DNA of 64,000 nt from an uncultured Gemmatimonadales bacterium (GCA_963842945.1 CAWJIM010000021.1:160001-224000); one strand, 5' to 3'; shown: positions 36,665 through 49,069, counted from the stretch's first letter. Notes: generated from the letters alone by a model not told the origin. A program made the numbers and translations.

Positions 36665-37676
36665 CTAGGCACTGGGATGCCGGTGGACTGCCGAGTACCT
36701 GCCGGTAACGTAATGCTCCAGCTGGCGCTCGATGTCGGAGAGCAGCGTGCTGGCGCCGATCCGGAATAGATTTGGCCGGAGCCACAGATCGCCCAGCTCA
36801 TCCTTCATCAACGCCATCCAGTCCAGCGACTCTCGCGCCGAGCGGATCCCGCCTGCGGCCTTGAGCCCGACCAGGTGGCCAGTCCGCTCCTGGTACTCTC
36901 TGATAGCCCGACACATCACCAGTCCAACCGGCAGGGTGGCGTTCACGGACTCCTTGCCGGTCGAGGTCTTAATGAAGTCGGCGCCTGCCATCATGCACAC
37001 CAGTGCGGCCCGGGCAACGTTCCGCAGCGTGGCAAGCTCTCCAGTGGCGAGGATGGTCTTGATGTGGGCGTCACCGCAGGCCTCCCGCATGGTCCGCACC
37101 TCGTCATAGAGCGCGGACCAGTTCTCGGTCAGCACATGAGCCCGGGTGATGACCACATCGATCTCTTCCGCACCGGCCTCGACCGACGCGCGTATTTCCG
37201 CGATTCGCTGCTCGATAGGGTGAAAGACCGGCGGGGAATCCGGTGGAGACGGCAGCCACTGGTATCCCAGAGCCCTCCAGTGCTGCCACCGCTGTCTCGA
37301 CGAATGCGTGATAGACGCAGACGGCAGCGGCCCGGATGGGAAGCTGCCGCGCCTCCATCGACTCGAGCAGATCAACCCGAACCGGCCGCCGCGCCTTGGC
37401 GCAGAGACGCCGCACTCGGCCCGCCGTGTCGTCGCCCTGCAGGGTCGTCAGATCGATCAGGGTGATGGCCCGGAGCAGCCAGGCGGCCTGCCACTGCCGC
37501 TTAACGGTTCGCCTGGTCCGGAGCGTGGCCGTCCGCCGCTCGATCGCACTACGGTTGACCCGGACCTCCTGGATCCAGTCGAGCTCCAGGGGAGTACCGG
37601 GGTTTCTGGGGGTGACCGGCACCTCCAGGGCGCCCGTCGATGAGGAAGGAATTCGCGCCGGCGGCAGCGAGGGCAT
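36665..37676 (-). CDS. deoC: Deoxyribose-phosphate aldolase (frameshifts near 37220-37330)
   Basis: IDLTTLQGDDT, AAVSTGFP, GADFIKTSTGK, KAAGGIR and FRIGAS motifs. Confidence 0.92.
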
Positions 37677-37724
37677 GTTGGAAGTTACCGGCCGCCTGGC
37701 ATTCGACAACTGCAGCCGACTTCG

Positions 37725-38486
37725 TCAGGTCTGCTCGCGGTACCCCAGGGTGTCCACCGTGCGGGCCAGCGCGCGATGCTTGGACACCAATGCGGGATCG
37801 CGGAATATCGAAATCAGCACCGCGCCGGTGACGAAACCGCCGGCATGGGCCCAGAAGGCAACACCGCCTTCTCCGCTCGCCAACCCACCGCCCACCAGCT
37901 GAAGCAGGAACCAGTACCCTAGCATGAGGTACGCCGGGACCACGATGCGGGTGATGAAGATCCCCAGTATCACCAGCATGTGAACCCGAACTTTCGGGTA
38001 CAGCACCACGTAAGCGCCCATGACCCCGCTGATGGCGCCCGACGCGCCGACCATGGGGACGGCGCTCCCTGGGTTGACCAGGGTCTGCGAAGCGGCAGCG
38101 GCAAGCCCACAGATGATATAGAAGAAGAAGTAGCGGATGCGGCCCATCGAGTCTTCCACGTTGTTCCCAAAGACCCAGAGGAACCACATGTTCCCAATGA
38201 GGTGAAACCAACCGCCATGGAGAAACATGGAGGTGAGCGGGGTGTACCAGCTGGGATCCCCCTCAATGACGCAGGCCATCGTGCGGCTCATGGGGATGCT
38301 GAAGCCGTCCGGCAGCCGGCCCAGAAACTCTCCCGGGATGAGGCCGAGCTCGCAAACCGAGCGGGAGAGGCTGGGTTCCGCGCCCATTCCCTGCACCACA
38401 ACCCAGGACACCACGTTCAACCCGATCAGGAGCAGGGTAACGAGGGGTGTGGCGAGGGTGGGATTATCGTCTCGGTAGGGGAACAT
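37725..38486 (-). CDS. Rhomboid intramembrane serine protease
   Basis: FLHGGWFHLIGNM, GASGA and AFWAHAGGF motifs. Confidence 0.92.
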   Translation of the reverse strand: MFPYRDDNPTLATPLVTLLLIGLNVVSWVVVQGMGAEPSLSRSVCELGLIPGEFLGRLPDGFSIPMSRTMACVIEGDPSWYTPLTSMFLHGGWFHLIGNMWFLWVFGNNVEDSMGRIRYFFFYIICGLAAAASQTLVNPGSAVPMVGASGAISGVMGAYVVLYPKVRVHMLVILGIFITRIVVPAYLMLGYWFLLQLVGGGLASGEGGVAFWAHAGGFVTGAVLISIFRDPALVSKHRALARTVDTLGYREQT

Positions 38487-38512
38487 GGCTCAATATAGCC
38501 GAGCCGGTGGAG

Positions 38513-39638
38513 TCACTCAGACGGTGCTTCGGTATTAACGAGCTCGGGTTTGGAGACCGGCGGGCGGCGGAGCTCCTGCTCCAGCGAGGGACGGTCATCC
38601 TTGGTGAACGGCTCCAGCGCTACCGGCTGCCCGGTATCGGCCGACCGGTAGAGCGCGCGGATAATCCGGACGTCGGCCAGACCCTCCCAGCCCGAAGGCT
38701 CGGCGGCGTTTCCGTTGATGATGCTCTCGGAAAAGCTGATCAGCTCGGGCGCGAACTGGTCCCGCTTGGGAAAAGTCTTGCTCCGGGTGCGGCCCTCCAC
38801 GGTAACCTTCTGCTCCAACACTTCGGCATAGTCATAGGCGGGATCAAGCACCAACTGTCCTTTGGAGCCGACTACCCGGTAATGGGAGACATCGGCCGCC
38901 CCAAAGCTGCAGGTAAACGTGGCCAGCCGCTCGCGCCCGGGGAACCGAAGAATGGCGCTGGTGGTCTCCTCACACTGCAGAAAACGCTGATCTCCCTTGT
39001 TGGCGCTGAACGCCACAACCTCCATCGGCTCGGCCCCAAACAGATTCCGCACCGCGTTGATGCAGTAGATCCCGATGTCGTACAGCGTCCCACCGCCAAG
39101 CTCCCGGGGATTGAGGCGGATGTCGCCGTCCTTCACCGTCATGGTGAAGACTGAGTCGAACAAGCCGAGGGTCTCCCAGCTTCCCACTCTGGACCAGATC
39201 GATCGCCTTCAGGTTGGCTTCCTCGAAGTGGAGCCGATAGGCGACCATGAGCTTGGCCTGATGTTCTTCGGCCACCCGGATCATGGAGCGGCAGTCTTCC
39301 TCCGTCACCGCCATGGGCTTCTCGCACAGGACGTGAATCCCGCGGCGGAGAGCCCGTTCGGAATACTCGCGGTGGAGATGATTGGGGAGCGTTATATAGA
39401 CCGCGTCGACCGCACCGCTGTCCAGGCACTCGTCGAATTCTTCGTAGGAGTACCGCCCCCGGACCTTATACTTGCGTGCCAGCTTCTCCAGCTTCTCGGC
39501 GTCGCTGGAAACGAGGGCGGTCAGCTCGGAGTTTTCGGCGTGGGCAAAAGCCGGCAGCACGGCGACCTGGGCGATGTGTCCCAGACCGACGACGGCGTAA
39601 CGGACCTTCTCGGCGTGCGGCGAGACCTTGCGGGGCAT
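38513..39638 (-). CDS. Gfo/Idh/MocA oxidoreductase (frameshift near 39170)
   Basis: VVGLGHIA, HVLCEKPMA and YDIGIYCIN motifs. Confidence 0.9.
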
Positions 39639-39703
39639 CGGGACCGCTACGGCTATTGGCTATGAATCGGAGACGCGGTCACAGCCAATAGCCGTAGCCC
39701 TCT

Positions 39704-39853
39704 TTACAAAGCCCTTCTGCCCTGAATCAACTGCATCACGGCCATGATCACCGCGATGACCAGCAGGACGTGGATGAAACCCCCGAGGGTGTAGGATGTG
39801 ACGACCCCCAGCAACCACAGCACCAGGAGTATCACGAAGATCGTCCACAGCAT
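39704..39853 (-). CDS. lmo0937-family small membrane protein (49 aa; not in the ORF track)
   Basis: MLWTIFVILLVLWLLGVVTSYTLGGFIHVLLVIAVIMAVMQLIQGRRAL*, preceded by a GGAGGAGG RBS. Confidence 0.85.
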   Translation of the reverse strand: MLWTIFVILLVLWLLGVVTSYTLGGFIHVLLVIAVIMAVMQLIQGRRAL

Positions 39854-39982
39854 GGCTACCTCCTCCCGTTCGGTAAGCCTCCAAAGACCAGCCGTGCCCC
39901 AAGGGTGAGGCGAGATTCAACCTAACGCAGCCAGGGTGGCCACCGTCGTGAGCCATGTCACGGGTGATACGCTCCTTATTTG

Positions 39983-40059
39983 TGCCAAAACGGCAGCTTT
40001 GCACGGTATGGCGCTTGCTCCTGCACCCGCTCGACCCGTGTGCGAGTGACAGACTGGCA
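39983..40059 (+). promoter_or_regulatory. Candidate sigma54 promoter for dnaK, flanked by two TGVCA-N3-YGGCA sites
   Basis: GG-N10-GC at 40005-40018 (GGTATGGCGCTTGC); TGCCAAAACGGCA at 39983 and TGACAGACTGGCA at 40047. Confidence 0.5.
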
Positions 40060-40076
40060 TCCACGGCAACACATGA

Positions 40077-42023
<1,947 letters not shown>

Positions 42024-42045
42024 GCGGTAAGAGGTAAGCGGTTAG

Positions 42046-42077
42046 CGGGGGTCTTCGAAAATCGTCGGAGGCCCCCG
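42046..42077 (+). terminator. Hairpin after dnaK, flanked by inverted TAAGCGG/CCGCTTA-type heptamers
   Basis: CGGGGGTCTTCGA ... TCGGAGGCCCCCG; weak U tract. Confidence 0.55.
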
Positions 42078-42210
42078 TGCCCGCTTATTCCTTAGCCGAC
42101 CCTCACCTCACCTCTTACCGCAGTCTGGCCGAAACTCCCCACCGGGCTTCGGGGTAGGGTTAAATTGATCTCAGGCCGCATCACCCAAACGCTTTCTCGA
42201 AGGACCTTCG

Positions 42211-43776
42211 ATGTCCGCACGATCATTGAACTGGCTGAAGTTCGGAGGGTTGGTCGCCCTGGCCTTTGCTCTTGGGCTGCTCTTCGCCGGCCTGCTCGAT
42301 CTGCCCAGCCGTTCCTCGGCTCAGGTTCAGGGTCGTCAGGCTTCTCCGATAACCCAGGTGCCGGCTCCTTCGATCCCAGCCGCGCGACCCCTGCAGGACC
42401 TGAGTGAAGCCTTTGCCGCCGTCGCGGAGCACGTAAAACCGACCGTGGTCTACATTCGCTCTCAGCGCACCGAGCAGACCACGCGGCAGCGAGTTCCTCC
42501 CGGCATGGAACGGTTCTTCCCGCGGTTCCGGCAACAGCCCGACATCGAGCAGGGCAGCGGCTCGGGTTTCGTTATCTCCGCCGATGGTTACATCCTGACC
42601 AACAACCACGTGGTCGAAGGCGCCGAACAGGTCACGGTTCGCCTGCTGGACCGCCGTGAGTTCAAGGCCAAAGTCATCGGAAGCGACGCCAACACCGATG
42701 TGGCCGTGCTCAAGATCGACGCCAAGGGACTCCAGCCCGTGGCCTTGGGCAATAGCGACGATGCCCGGGTGGGAGAATGGGTGCTGGCCATCGGGAATCC
42801 CCTGGGTGAGGGGCTCACCTTCACGGTCACCTCCGGCATCGTGAGCGCCAAGGGCCGAGCGCTGCAAGGGCTGCCGGGCCGCGGCCAGGGCAGCATTCAG
42901 GACTTCATCCAGACCGATGCAGCTATCAACCCGGGAAATTCGGGTGGACCCCTGGTGAGTGTCCGGGGCGAGGTCATCGGGATCAACTCCGCGATAGCCA
43001 GCGAGACCGGCTTTTACTCGGGCTACGGCTTTGCCATCCCGATCAATCTGGCGCGCACGGTCATGAATCAGCTGATCGAGACCGGCTCAGTGCACCGGGC
43101 GGCGTTGGGTGTCTCGATCGACAACGTGACCCTCAACGACGCGGCCTACGTCGGTCTGCCGGAGATCCGAGGGGTCGTGGTCAAGGACATCCCCAGTGAC
43201 GACTCGCCGGCCAAGGCAGCAGGGATTCTCCCGGGCGACGTGATCATCTCGGTGGATGGGAAGCCGGTCGAGAGAGTGGGTCAACTTCAGCAGGTGATCG
43301 GATTCCGCAAGCCGGGTGAGATGGTCAAGGTCGAGGTTGCCCGGAAGGGCGGAGTGCGGAAGACCTTTAACGTCAAGCTCCAGGCCCTGAATGACCAGCC
43401 GCAGTTGGCAGCCGCTGACCAGGGTGACTCGGATAACGCCGATAACACCGGCGGTTCGGCCATGAACCGGCTGGGCGTGAATGTGGAACCGGTCACTCCC
43501 GATGTGGCCCAACAGCTTCAACTGCCGTCGAACATGCGCGGGTTGGTGGTGACCGCCGTTACGCCGGGCGGACCGTCGTGGCAGACGCTGTACGACGACC
43601 CCCAGAACAACGGCCCCGACATCATCCTTTCGGTCGAGGGTAAGTCAGTGAGGACCGAGGCCGAGCTGCGGAATGCGCTCCAGGCCGAGAAGCCGGGCAG
43701 CATCGTAACCCTGGGCATCTATAACCCGCGGGCGCAGGGCCGCCGGGTGGAACGGGTTCGGCTGGCGGACAAGTAG
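42211..43776 (+). CDS. degP: HtrA/DegP serine protease with two PDZ domains
   Basis: GSGSGF, TNNHVV and QTDAAINPGNSGG motifs. Confidence 0.93.
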   Translation: MSARSLNWLKFGGLVALAFALGLLFAGLLDLPSRSSAQVQGRQASPITQVPAPSIPAARPLQDLSEAFAAVAEHVKPTVVYIRSQRTEQTTRQRVPPGMERFFPRFRQQPDIEQGSGSGFVISADGYILTNNHVVEGAEQVTVRLLDRREFKAKVIGSDANTDVAVLKIDAKGLQPVALGNSDDARVGEWVLAIGNPLGEGLTFTVTSGIVSAKGRALQGLPGRGQGSIQDFIQTDAAINPGNSGGPLVSVRGEVIGINSAIASETGFYSGYGFAIPINLARTVMNQLIETGSVHRAALGVSIDNVTLNDAAYVGLPEIRGVVVKDIPSDDSPAKAAGILPGDVIISVDGKPVERVGQLQQVIGFRKPGEMVKVEVARKGGVRKTFNVKLQALNDQPQLAAADQGDSDNADNTGGSAMNRLGVNVEPVTPDVAQQLQLPSNMRGLVVTAVTPGGPSWQTLYDDPQNNGPDIILSVEGKSVRTEAELRNALQAEKPGSIVTLGIYNPRAQGRRVERVRLADK

Positions 43777-43800
43777 GGCGGAACGACGGAACGCAGGAGC

Positions 43801-43837
43801 ATAAGAAGTCCCCTGACATTGGCAGGGGGCTTCTTAT
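43801..43837 (+). terminator. Intrinsic terminator-like hairpin after degP
   Basis: ATAAGAAGTCCCCTG ... CAGGGGGCTTCTTAT. Confidence 0.7.
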
Positions 43838-43874
43838 ATCTCCCGCCCTTCCCGTCCTGAAGTAACTTCCTCCT

Positions 43875-44573
43875 ATGACTATGCGCGGGATGATCTTCGA
43901 TGTCGACGGGACCCTGGTAGACACCAATCCGGCCCACGTCGAAGCCTGGTGCCGCGCCTTTCGCCGGCTCGGTTTTCAGATTCCGCCGGAGCGGATCGTG
44001 CCCGAGATCGGCAAGGGCGGCGACAAGCTGGTCCCTTCTCTTCTGGGTGCCGAGGTGGAGGAACGGCTGGGAGAGGAGCTTCGGAGAGCTCAGAAGGCCG
44101 AGTTCCTCGAGATTGCCCGGACCCAACGTTTCCGGGTATTCCCCGGCGCCACCGAGATCTTCAATGCCCTCCGGGGCCGGGGCATCCGCACGGCCCTCGC
44201 CACCTCCAGTGATGAGAAGCATCTGGCCGCAACGTCGGCAAGCGCCGGCATCGATCTGACTCGGCTGCCCGACGTGGTCGTTTCCAAAAGCCCGGACGAA
44301 CCAAGCAAGCCGTCGCCCGACTTGGTGGTGGACGCGGTGCACAAGCTCGAGCTGCCGGCTTCACATTGCGCCATGGTAGGTGACACGGTGTATGATGGGG
44401 AGGCCTGCCAGGGCGCGGGTGTCGCCTTCCTGGGGGTTCTCACGGGGCCTGCCGCCGAGCAGCCGCTGCTCGACGTGGGCGCCATTGCAGTCTGGCGAGA
44501 CGTGGGCCACCTGCTGAGCGAGCTGGACCGGGCCATCGATATCGCCGCCCTTGCCGCGACAGCCGGCGACTGA
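43875..44573 (+). CDS. HAD-superfamily hydrolase
   Basis: FDVDGTLVD, KPSPD and VGDTVYD motifs. Confidence 0.9.
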   Translation: MTMRGMIFDVDGTLVDTNPAHVEAWCRAFRRLGFQIPPERIVPEIGKGGDKLVPSLLGAEVEERLGEELRRAQKAEFLEIARTQRFRVFPGATEIFNALRGRGIRTALATSSDEKHLAATSASAGIDLTRLPDVVVSKSPDEPSKPSPDLVVDAVHKLELPASHCAMVGDTVYDGEACQGAGVAFLGVLTGPAAEQPLLDVGAIAVWRDVGHLLSELDRAIDIAALAATAGD

Positions 44574-44604
44574 CCGGCACAATTTCTTCCAGGAGCGCCG
44601 TCCG

Positions 44605-44874
44605 ATGACGACGAGTGAAGCCACCGACTGGATGAACCATCCCGCCATCAGAGCCCTGGTCGATCAGGCGAACATGCTGGCACTGGAGGAGCGCATTACC
44701 CTGGTCAAGGGGCTGATCCCCGCTATTGCGAACGGGTTGTCGGACGAAGAGTACGATCGGTTCGTCACCTTCGTGCGGCTAAAGGGCGAGCGCTACCTGG
44801 AGGCCAAATCCCATCCTGGTACCGGCCGGGCGGAGCGGCACACTCCCGGTGAGCGAGAGCTGGAAGGGAGGTAA
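44605..44874 (+). CDS. Small hypothetical protein (89 aa)
   Basis: AGGAG upstream; helical-looking sequence with normal codon style. Confidence 0.65.
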   Translation: MTTSEATDWMNHPAIRALVDQANMLALEERITLVKGLIPAIANGLSDEEYDRFVTFVRLKGERYLEAKSHPGTGRAERHTPGERELEGR

Positions 44875-44929
44875 GTCGGCAGCGGGGCAGCGGGCAGCGA
44901 AAGATCCATGTCGAGCCTGAAAGAACTGC

Positions 44930-46594
44930 ATGATCCAACGAACATCCCGAAGCATTCTTCTCGCGATGGGGCTCGTACTCGTGTCCTGTCGAGCTGAACC
45001 CCCGAAGGCGGCCGATACTTCCGGCCGCAACTCCGAGTCTCCTATTGAGACCAAGCTGGCCCAATACACCAGCGTCTCGCTGACCACCGATCTGACCAAG
45101 CTCAGCCCCCACGAGCGGCAAATGCTGCCGCTGCTGATTGCTGCCGCAAGGTCGATGGATGAGATCTTCTGGCGACAGGCCTATGGCGACCGGGAGGCCC
45201 TCCTCAGGAGCATCACCGATCCGGCGGTTCGGCGCTACGCGGAGATCAACTACGGACCGTGGGACCGGCTGGACAACAATGCGCCGTTCATCGATGGAGT
45301 GGGACCCAAGCCGCCCGGGGCCGGCTTCTTTCCCCGTGACATGACCAAGGAAGAGTTCCAGTCGGCCGCTCAGTCGAAAGCCGGAAAGCAGCTCCGCAGC
45401 CAGTACACCATGGTTCACCGGGATTCGGCCGGTCGGCTGGTGCCGACGGCCTATCATCAGGTCTTTGCCAGTCAGGTGGCAGCAGCAGCGGCCAATCTCA
45501 GAAAGGCCGCGGTGCTGGCGGATGATCCCGGACTGCGGAAATACCTGGAGCTGCGGGCCCGTGCGCTGGAGACCGATGACTACCAGGCCAGTGATCTGGC
45601 ATGGCTGGACATGAAGAACAACACCATTGATCTGGTGATCGGTCCCATCGAGAACTACGAAGACCAGCTCTTCGGCTATAAGACTGCCAACGAGGCCTTC
45701 GTCCTGGTAAAGGACAAGGAATGGAGCGCTCGGCTCGCTCATTACGCGGCCATGCTCCCGGGACTGCAGCAGGAACTGCCGGTCCCGGCCGCCTACAAGC
45801 GGGAACGGCCGGGCACTGATTCCGATCTCAACGCCTACGATGCTGTCTACTATGCCGGAGACGCCAACGCCGGATCCAAGACGATCGCCATCAACCTGCC
45901 GAACGACGAGGAGGTGCAGCTTCGGAAGGGGACCCGGCGACTACAGCTCAAGAATGCCATGCAGGCCAAGTTCGAGAAGATCCTGCTGCCGGTGGCCGAC
46001 GAGCTGATCGCCCAGGACCAGCGGAGTCACCTCAACTTCGATGCCTTCTTTTCCAACGTCATGTTCCACGAGGTGGCGCACGGGCTGGGGATCAAGAACA
46101 CCATCAACGGGAAGGGAACCGTGCGCGAGGCGCTGAAGGAGCAGCATGGCGCCCTGGAAGAAGGCAAGGCTGATATCCTGGGCCTCTACATGATCACCAA
46201 GCTCCATCAGCGGGGGGAGCTGAAGGCTCCGCTGGAAGACAATTACGTCACCTTTCTGGCCAGCATCTTCCGCTCGATCCGCTTCGGCGCTTCCAACGCC
46301 CACGGGAGAGCCAACGCCACTCAATTCTCCTTCTTCGAAGAACGGGGCGCATTCAGCCGCGACTCCACTACTGGACGCTATCGAGTGGACTTTCCGAGGA
46401 TGAAGGAAGCGGTGGATGCCCTGGCCGGCCAGATACTGCGCTTCCAGGGCGACGGAGACTACGTGGGCGTCACCCGCTTCATGGAGCAACGTGGCAAGCT
46501 TTCACCGGTGCTCCAGCAGGATCTCGACCGGCTGGGAAGTAAGGGAATTCCGGTGGATGTCGTGTTCGACCAGGGCGAGCAGATCCTGAAATGA
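44930..46594 (+). CDS. Dipeptidyl-peptidase III (M49)-like zinc peptidase lipoprotein
   Basis: Lipobox LVSC; HEVAH and EEGKAD motifs; AINLPND. Confidence 0.82.
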   Translation: MIQRTSRSILLAMGLVLVSCRAEPPKAADTSGRNSESPIETKLAQYTSVSLTTDLTKLSPHERQMLPLLIAAARSMDEIFWRQAYGDREALLRSITDPAVRRYAEINYGPWDRLDNNAPFIDGVGPKPPGAGFFPRDMTKEEFQSAAQSKAGKQLRSQYTMVHRDSAGRLVPTAYHQVFASQVAAAAANLRKAAVLADDPGLRKYLELRARALETDDYQASDLAWLDMKNNTIDLVIGPIENYEDQLFGYKTANEAFVLVKDKEWSARLAHYAAMLPGLQQELPVPAAYKRERPGTDSDLNAYDAVYYAGDANAGSKTIAINLPNDEEVQLRKGTRRLQLKNAMQAKFEKILLPVADELIAQDQRSHLNFDAFFSNVMFHEVAHGLGIKNTINGKGTVREALKEQHGALEEGKADILGLYMITKLHQRGELKAPLEDNYVTFLASIFRSIRFGASNAHGRANATQFSFFEERGAFSRDSTTGRYRVDFPRMKEAVDALAGQILRFQGDGDYVGVTRFMEQRGKLSPVLQQDLDRLGSKGIPVDVVFDQGEQILK

Positions 46595-46612
46595 TCCGCC
46601 TCGAGATCCGTC

Positions 46613-47404
46613 GTGGCTAAGCCTGAGGTTCACGTCAGGAGTGTTCGGAGACGCCGAACCGAGCCTCCGACGCCTCCCCTGCCCCAGCCGCCGAACATTC
46701 GGAACTGGCTGATTTATGCGGGCATGGTAACGCTGGTTGCCGCCCTGATGCTGGACGGGTTCCTCCGGGACCACCCCCAACATCCCCTTCCCAAGCTGTC
46801 GTACGCGACCGAGGTGCGCTCGGCTCTGGCCGAGGTGGGCGACTCGCTTCAGGTCGTGGTCTCCTGGGACCTCACTTTGTCCGATCCGGAAGGACGGCCC
46901 GATTCCGTTCTGATCAAGGTCACTCACGGCCAGGAAAACCGGTCGGTGCTCGCGACCCAGACCGCAAGCCAGTTGTCGGATACCGTCTACCTGCCCTCGC
47001 CCGGGAGAGGCGAGACCCTGGCCGGGCTCTCCTGTGTCGTGACCGCACACCTGGGGTACCCGGTGGATGAGAGCTGTACGCCATGGCAATACGTTCGTCC
47101 CAGCGCCGCGGCGGCCGGGACGGTGAGTCAGATTGTGATCAAGCCGAACGGCCTTCAGGTAGATCCGGACGTGGGAGGGAAGTGCGCGCAGTGGCAGCGC
47201 GCTCACCCGGACCGCCCGGTCTGGATAGAAGTGAACGTCACCGCGGTTCCGGAGTGCACCGGTCCCAACCACAAGCCGGCCGTGGCGCAGTTCTGCGCCT
47301 TTGCCGTGCTCCCCGGCGGAAGGCGGGTCAAAACCGCAGCCTCGAGCAACAACCGCTACTGCGATGGGCTTTTTGTCGAATGGAGTCGGGAGCTGTATTC
47401 CTGA
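46613..47404 (+). CDS. Hypothetical single-TM protein with a six-Cys C-terminal domain
   Basis: Basic, Pro-rich N-terminus; one TM segment; beta-rich C-terminal region. Confidence 0.65.
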   Translation: MAKPEVHVRSVRRRRTEPPTPPLPQPPNIRNWLIYAGMVTLVAALMLDGFLRDHPQHPLPKLSYATEVRSALAEVGDSLQVVVSWDLTLSDPEGRPDSVLIKVTHGQENRSVLATQTASQLSDTVYLPSPGRGETLAGLSCVVTAHLGYPVDESCTPWQYVRPSAAAAGTVSQIVIKPNGLQVDPDVGGKCAQWQRAHPDRPVWIEVNVTAVPECTGPNHKPAVAQFCAFAVLPGGRRVKTAASSNNRYCDGLFVEWSRELYS

Positions 47405-48249
47405 GCCTGTTCGCTGCGCTTGAGGTCGGTGACATCCCGCTGAGTTCCCCAGGCCCCCGCCAGCTGTCCCCGCTCGAAGATCCCCACCAGGTTGTTCACG
47501 AAATACTTGGACTTGCCGTACCGGTCGATCTCATGGGACTGGGCATCCTCCAGCCGATACCCGCTTCGGATGAAGCTCCGGAGGTAGGCGACGTTCTCAG
47601 GGTTTGACGGGGGACAAAACACGACCAGGCGGGTTCCGACCACGTCGGCGGCAGTCCGGAAGCCGTACATCCGGGCGAACGCGTCGTTACACTCCGCCAG
47701 GACCGAGTACAGATACAGATGCTCGACCTGCTCGTCCTCCGGCAGTGTGATGTCCAGGGGCTGCTCGTGACGAAACCGCCAGGTAGCTTCGGTGGTGACC
47801 TCGCGCAGAGGAGCCGAATCCGCTTCTCCGTCCGCCGTGTCTTCCGCGCCATGCCTCGGTGGCTGATCGGGCCGTTCCCTGGACGCGGGGCGCGTCGCCT
47901 GCGGGTCTGAGGGGGTCCGGTGGACGGGGTCGGTTCTCCGGAACCTGGAGCACAGCAGGACCAGAAGGACTCCGGCAACCGCGAGCACCGGATCGCGGGC
48001 TACCAGGGTCGCGAGTCCGAGTGCCAGAATACCCGGCCCGGTCCCGCCATAGAGTGCGCTCACCGCTACGGCTACGAGCAGAGCCGGGCGACCATCGTAT
48101 GCCCCTGCCGCCAGCTTCCTCACACCCAGTAACAGCAGAACGCCCAAAGCCACCGACACCGCCGCAAGACCATACCGCAGGAGTGGGGTAGACAGGGTCG
48201 GAGGGGGGCGGAAGCGAGGTGAGGTAGACACCAGGAGACGGTTCCTCAT
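47356..48249 (-). CDS. Membrane sensor with PAS/PAC domain and no output domain
   Basis: TM block LRYGLAAVSV; NDAFARMYG and WGTQRDVTDLKR (PAC end), followed by a stop. Confidence 0.7.
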   Translation of the reverse strand: MRNRLLVSTSPRFRPPPTLSTPLLRYGLAAVSVALGVLLLLGVRKLAAGAYDGRPALLVAVAVSALYGGTGPGILALGLATLVARDPVLAVAGVLLVLLCSRFRRTDPVHRTPSDPQATRPASRERPDQPPRHGAEDTADGEADSAPLREVTTEATWRFRHEQPLDITLPEDEQVEHLYLYSVLAECNDAFARMYGFRTAADVVGTRLVVFCPPSNPENVAYLRSFIRSGYRLEDAQSHEIDRYGKSKYFVNNLVGIFERGQLAGAWGTQRDVTDLKRSEQAQEYSSRLHSTKSPSQ

Positions 48250-48326
48250 CGGTGGTATCTGAAGCTAGAGCCGCTATCGAGGGGGCACAACCAAGACGAT
48301 GCGTCACCCGCGGTCACCAGTCGCAC

Positions 48327-48360
48327 AAAAGCCGGAGGGACACGATGGTCCCCCCGGCTT
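48327..48360 (-). terminator. Intrinsic terminator for the 48383-49069 gene
   Basis: AAGCCGGAGGGAC ... GTCCCCCCGGCTT hairpin with an A4 run on the plus strand. Confidence 0.65.
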
Positions 48361-48382
48361 CAGGTACTCTCAGCGTGCTGTA

Positions 48383-49069
48383 TTAGACCCGCGAGAGACG
48401 CCGCTCCGGCCCGCTGTAACTGGAATCATGCCGGTATCTCCGCTCGTTGCCCCGCCAGGCCTCGGTTTCGCCCTGACCGTTTGCGTCACCGGTACGCTCT
48501 ACTCTGGCCTCTTCCCGGCGGACCGTATCGGATACCCGCTCGGTGCCCAGGGAGCCGAGGTCCCCGCCGCTCTCGTAGAGACAGGTCCGGGCCTCTTCAG
48601 GGCGGTTTCCGGGTGAAACCGTGACCAGGGTGCCACCCGCCCGGAACCCCTGATCGAAGTGCTTGGCATCCTCCTCGGGCACGCCCATCCCCACCAGGGC
48701 ACCCAGGAGGCCCCCAGCGGCCGCGCCGATCCCGGCGCCCGCAAGGGTCGAGGCCAGCGTTCCGCCCGCGAGGATGGGGCCGACACCGGGAATGACCAGG
48801 GCGCCGACTCCCGCGAGCAGCCCAATCACCCCTCCCAGCACACCACCACCGATGGCGCCGGTGGCTGCGCCCTCCGCTGCCTGCGTACCGGTCCCCTGGA
48901 TGAGATCCTCCTGCTTGCTGCGGTCCTTGATGGCTACGCCGATCTGACTCTCGGAGAAGCCCCTCTCCTTGAGGCGCTGAATCGCCCGCTCGGCGTCCGC
49001 CTGATTGTGAAAGAGACCCACCACCGTACCGCTGGTTCGGGTGGTCTCGTTGTTTCGATTGCTCATCAT
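48383..49069 (-). CDS. General stress protein with glycine-zipper segment (YflT/17M-like)
   Basis: TVVGLF...AERAIQRL...GFSESQIGV; GALVIPGVGPILAGG; GMGVPEEDA. Confidence 0.8.
   Translation of the reverse strand: MMSNRNNETTRTSGTVVGLFHNQADAERAIQRLKERGFSESQIGVAIKDRSKQEDLIQGTGTQAAEGAATGAIGGGVLGGVIGLLAGVGALVIPGVGPILAGGTLASTLAGAGIGAAAGGLLGALVGMGVPEEDAKHFDQGFRAGGTLVTVSPGNRPEEARTCLYESGGDLGSLGTERVSDTVRREEARVERTGDANGQGETEAWRGNERRYRHDSSYSGPERRLSRV

Noticed and set aside
44605..44874. Toxin-antitoxin module
   Set aside because: Only a faint resemblance (LEERITLV) to addiction-module proteins, and no adjacent toxin gene.
48301..48320. GTCAC pair as another Pho box
   Set aside because: Spacing is 10 bp and the context is unrelated to phosphate. 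It shows that such half-sites can occur by chance.
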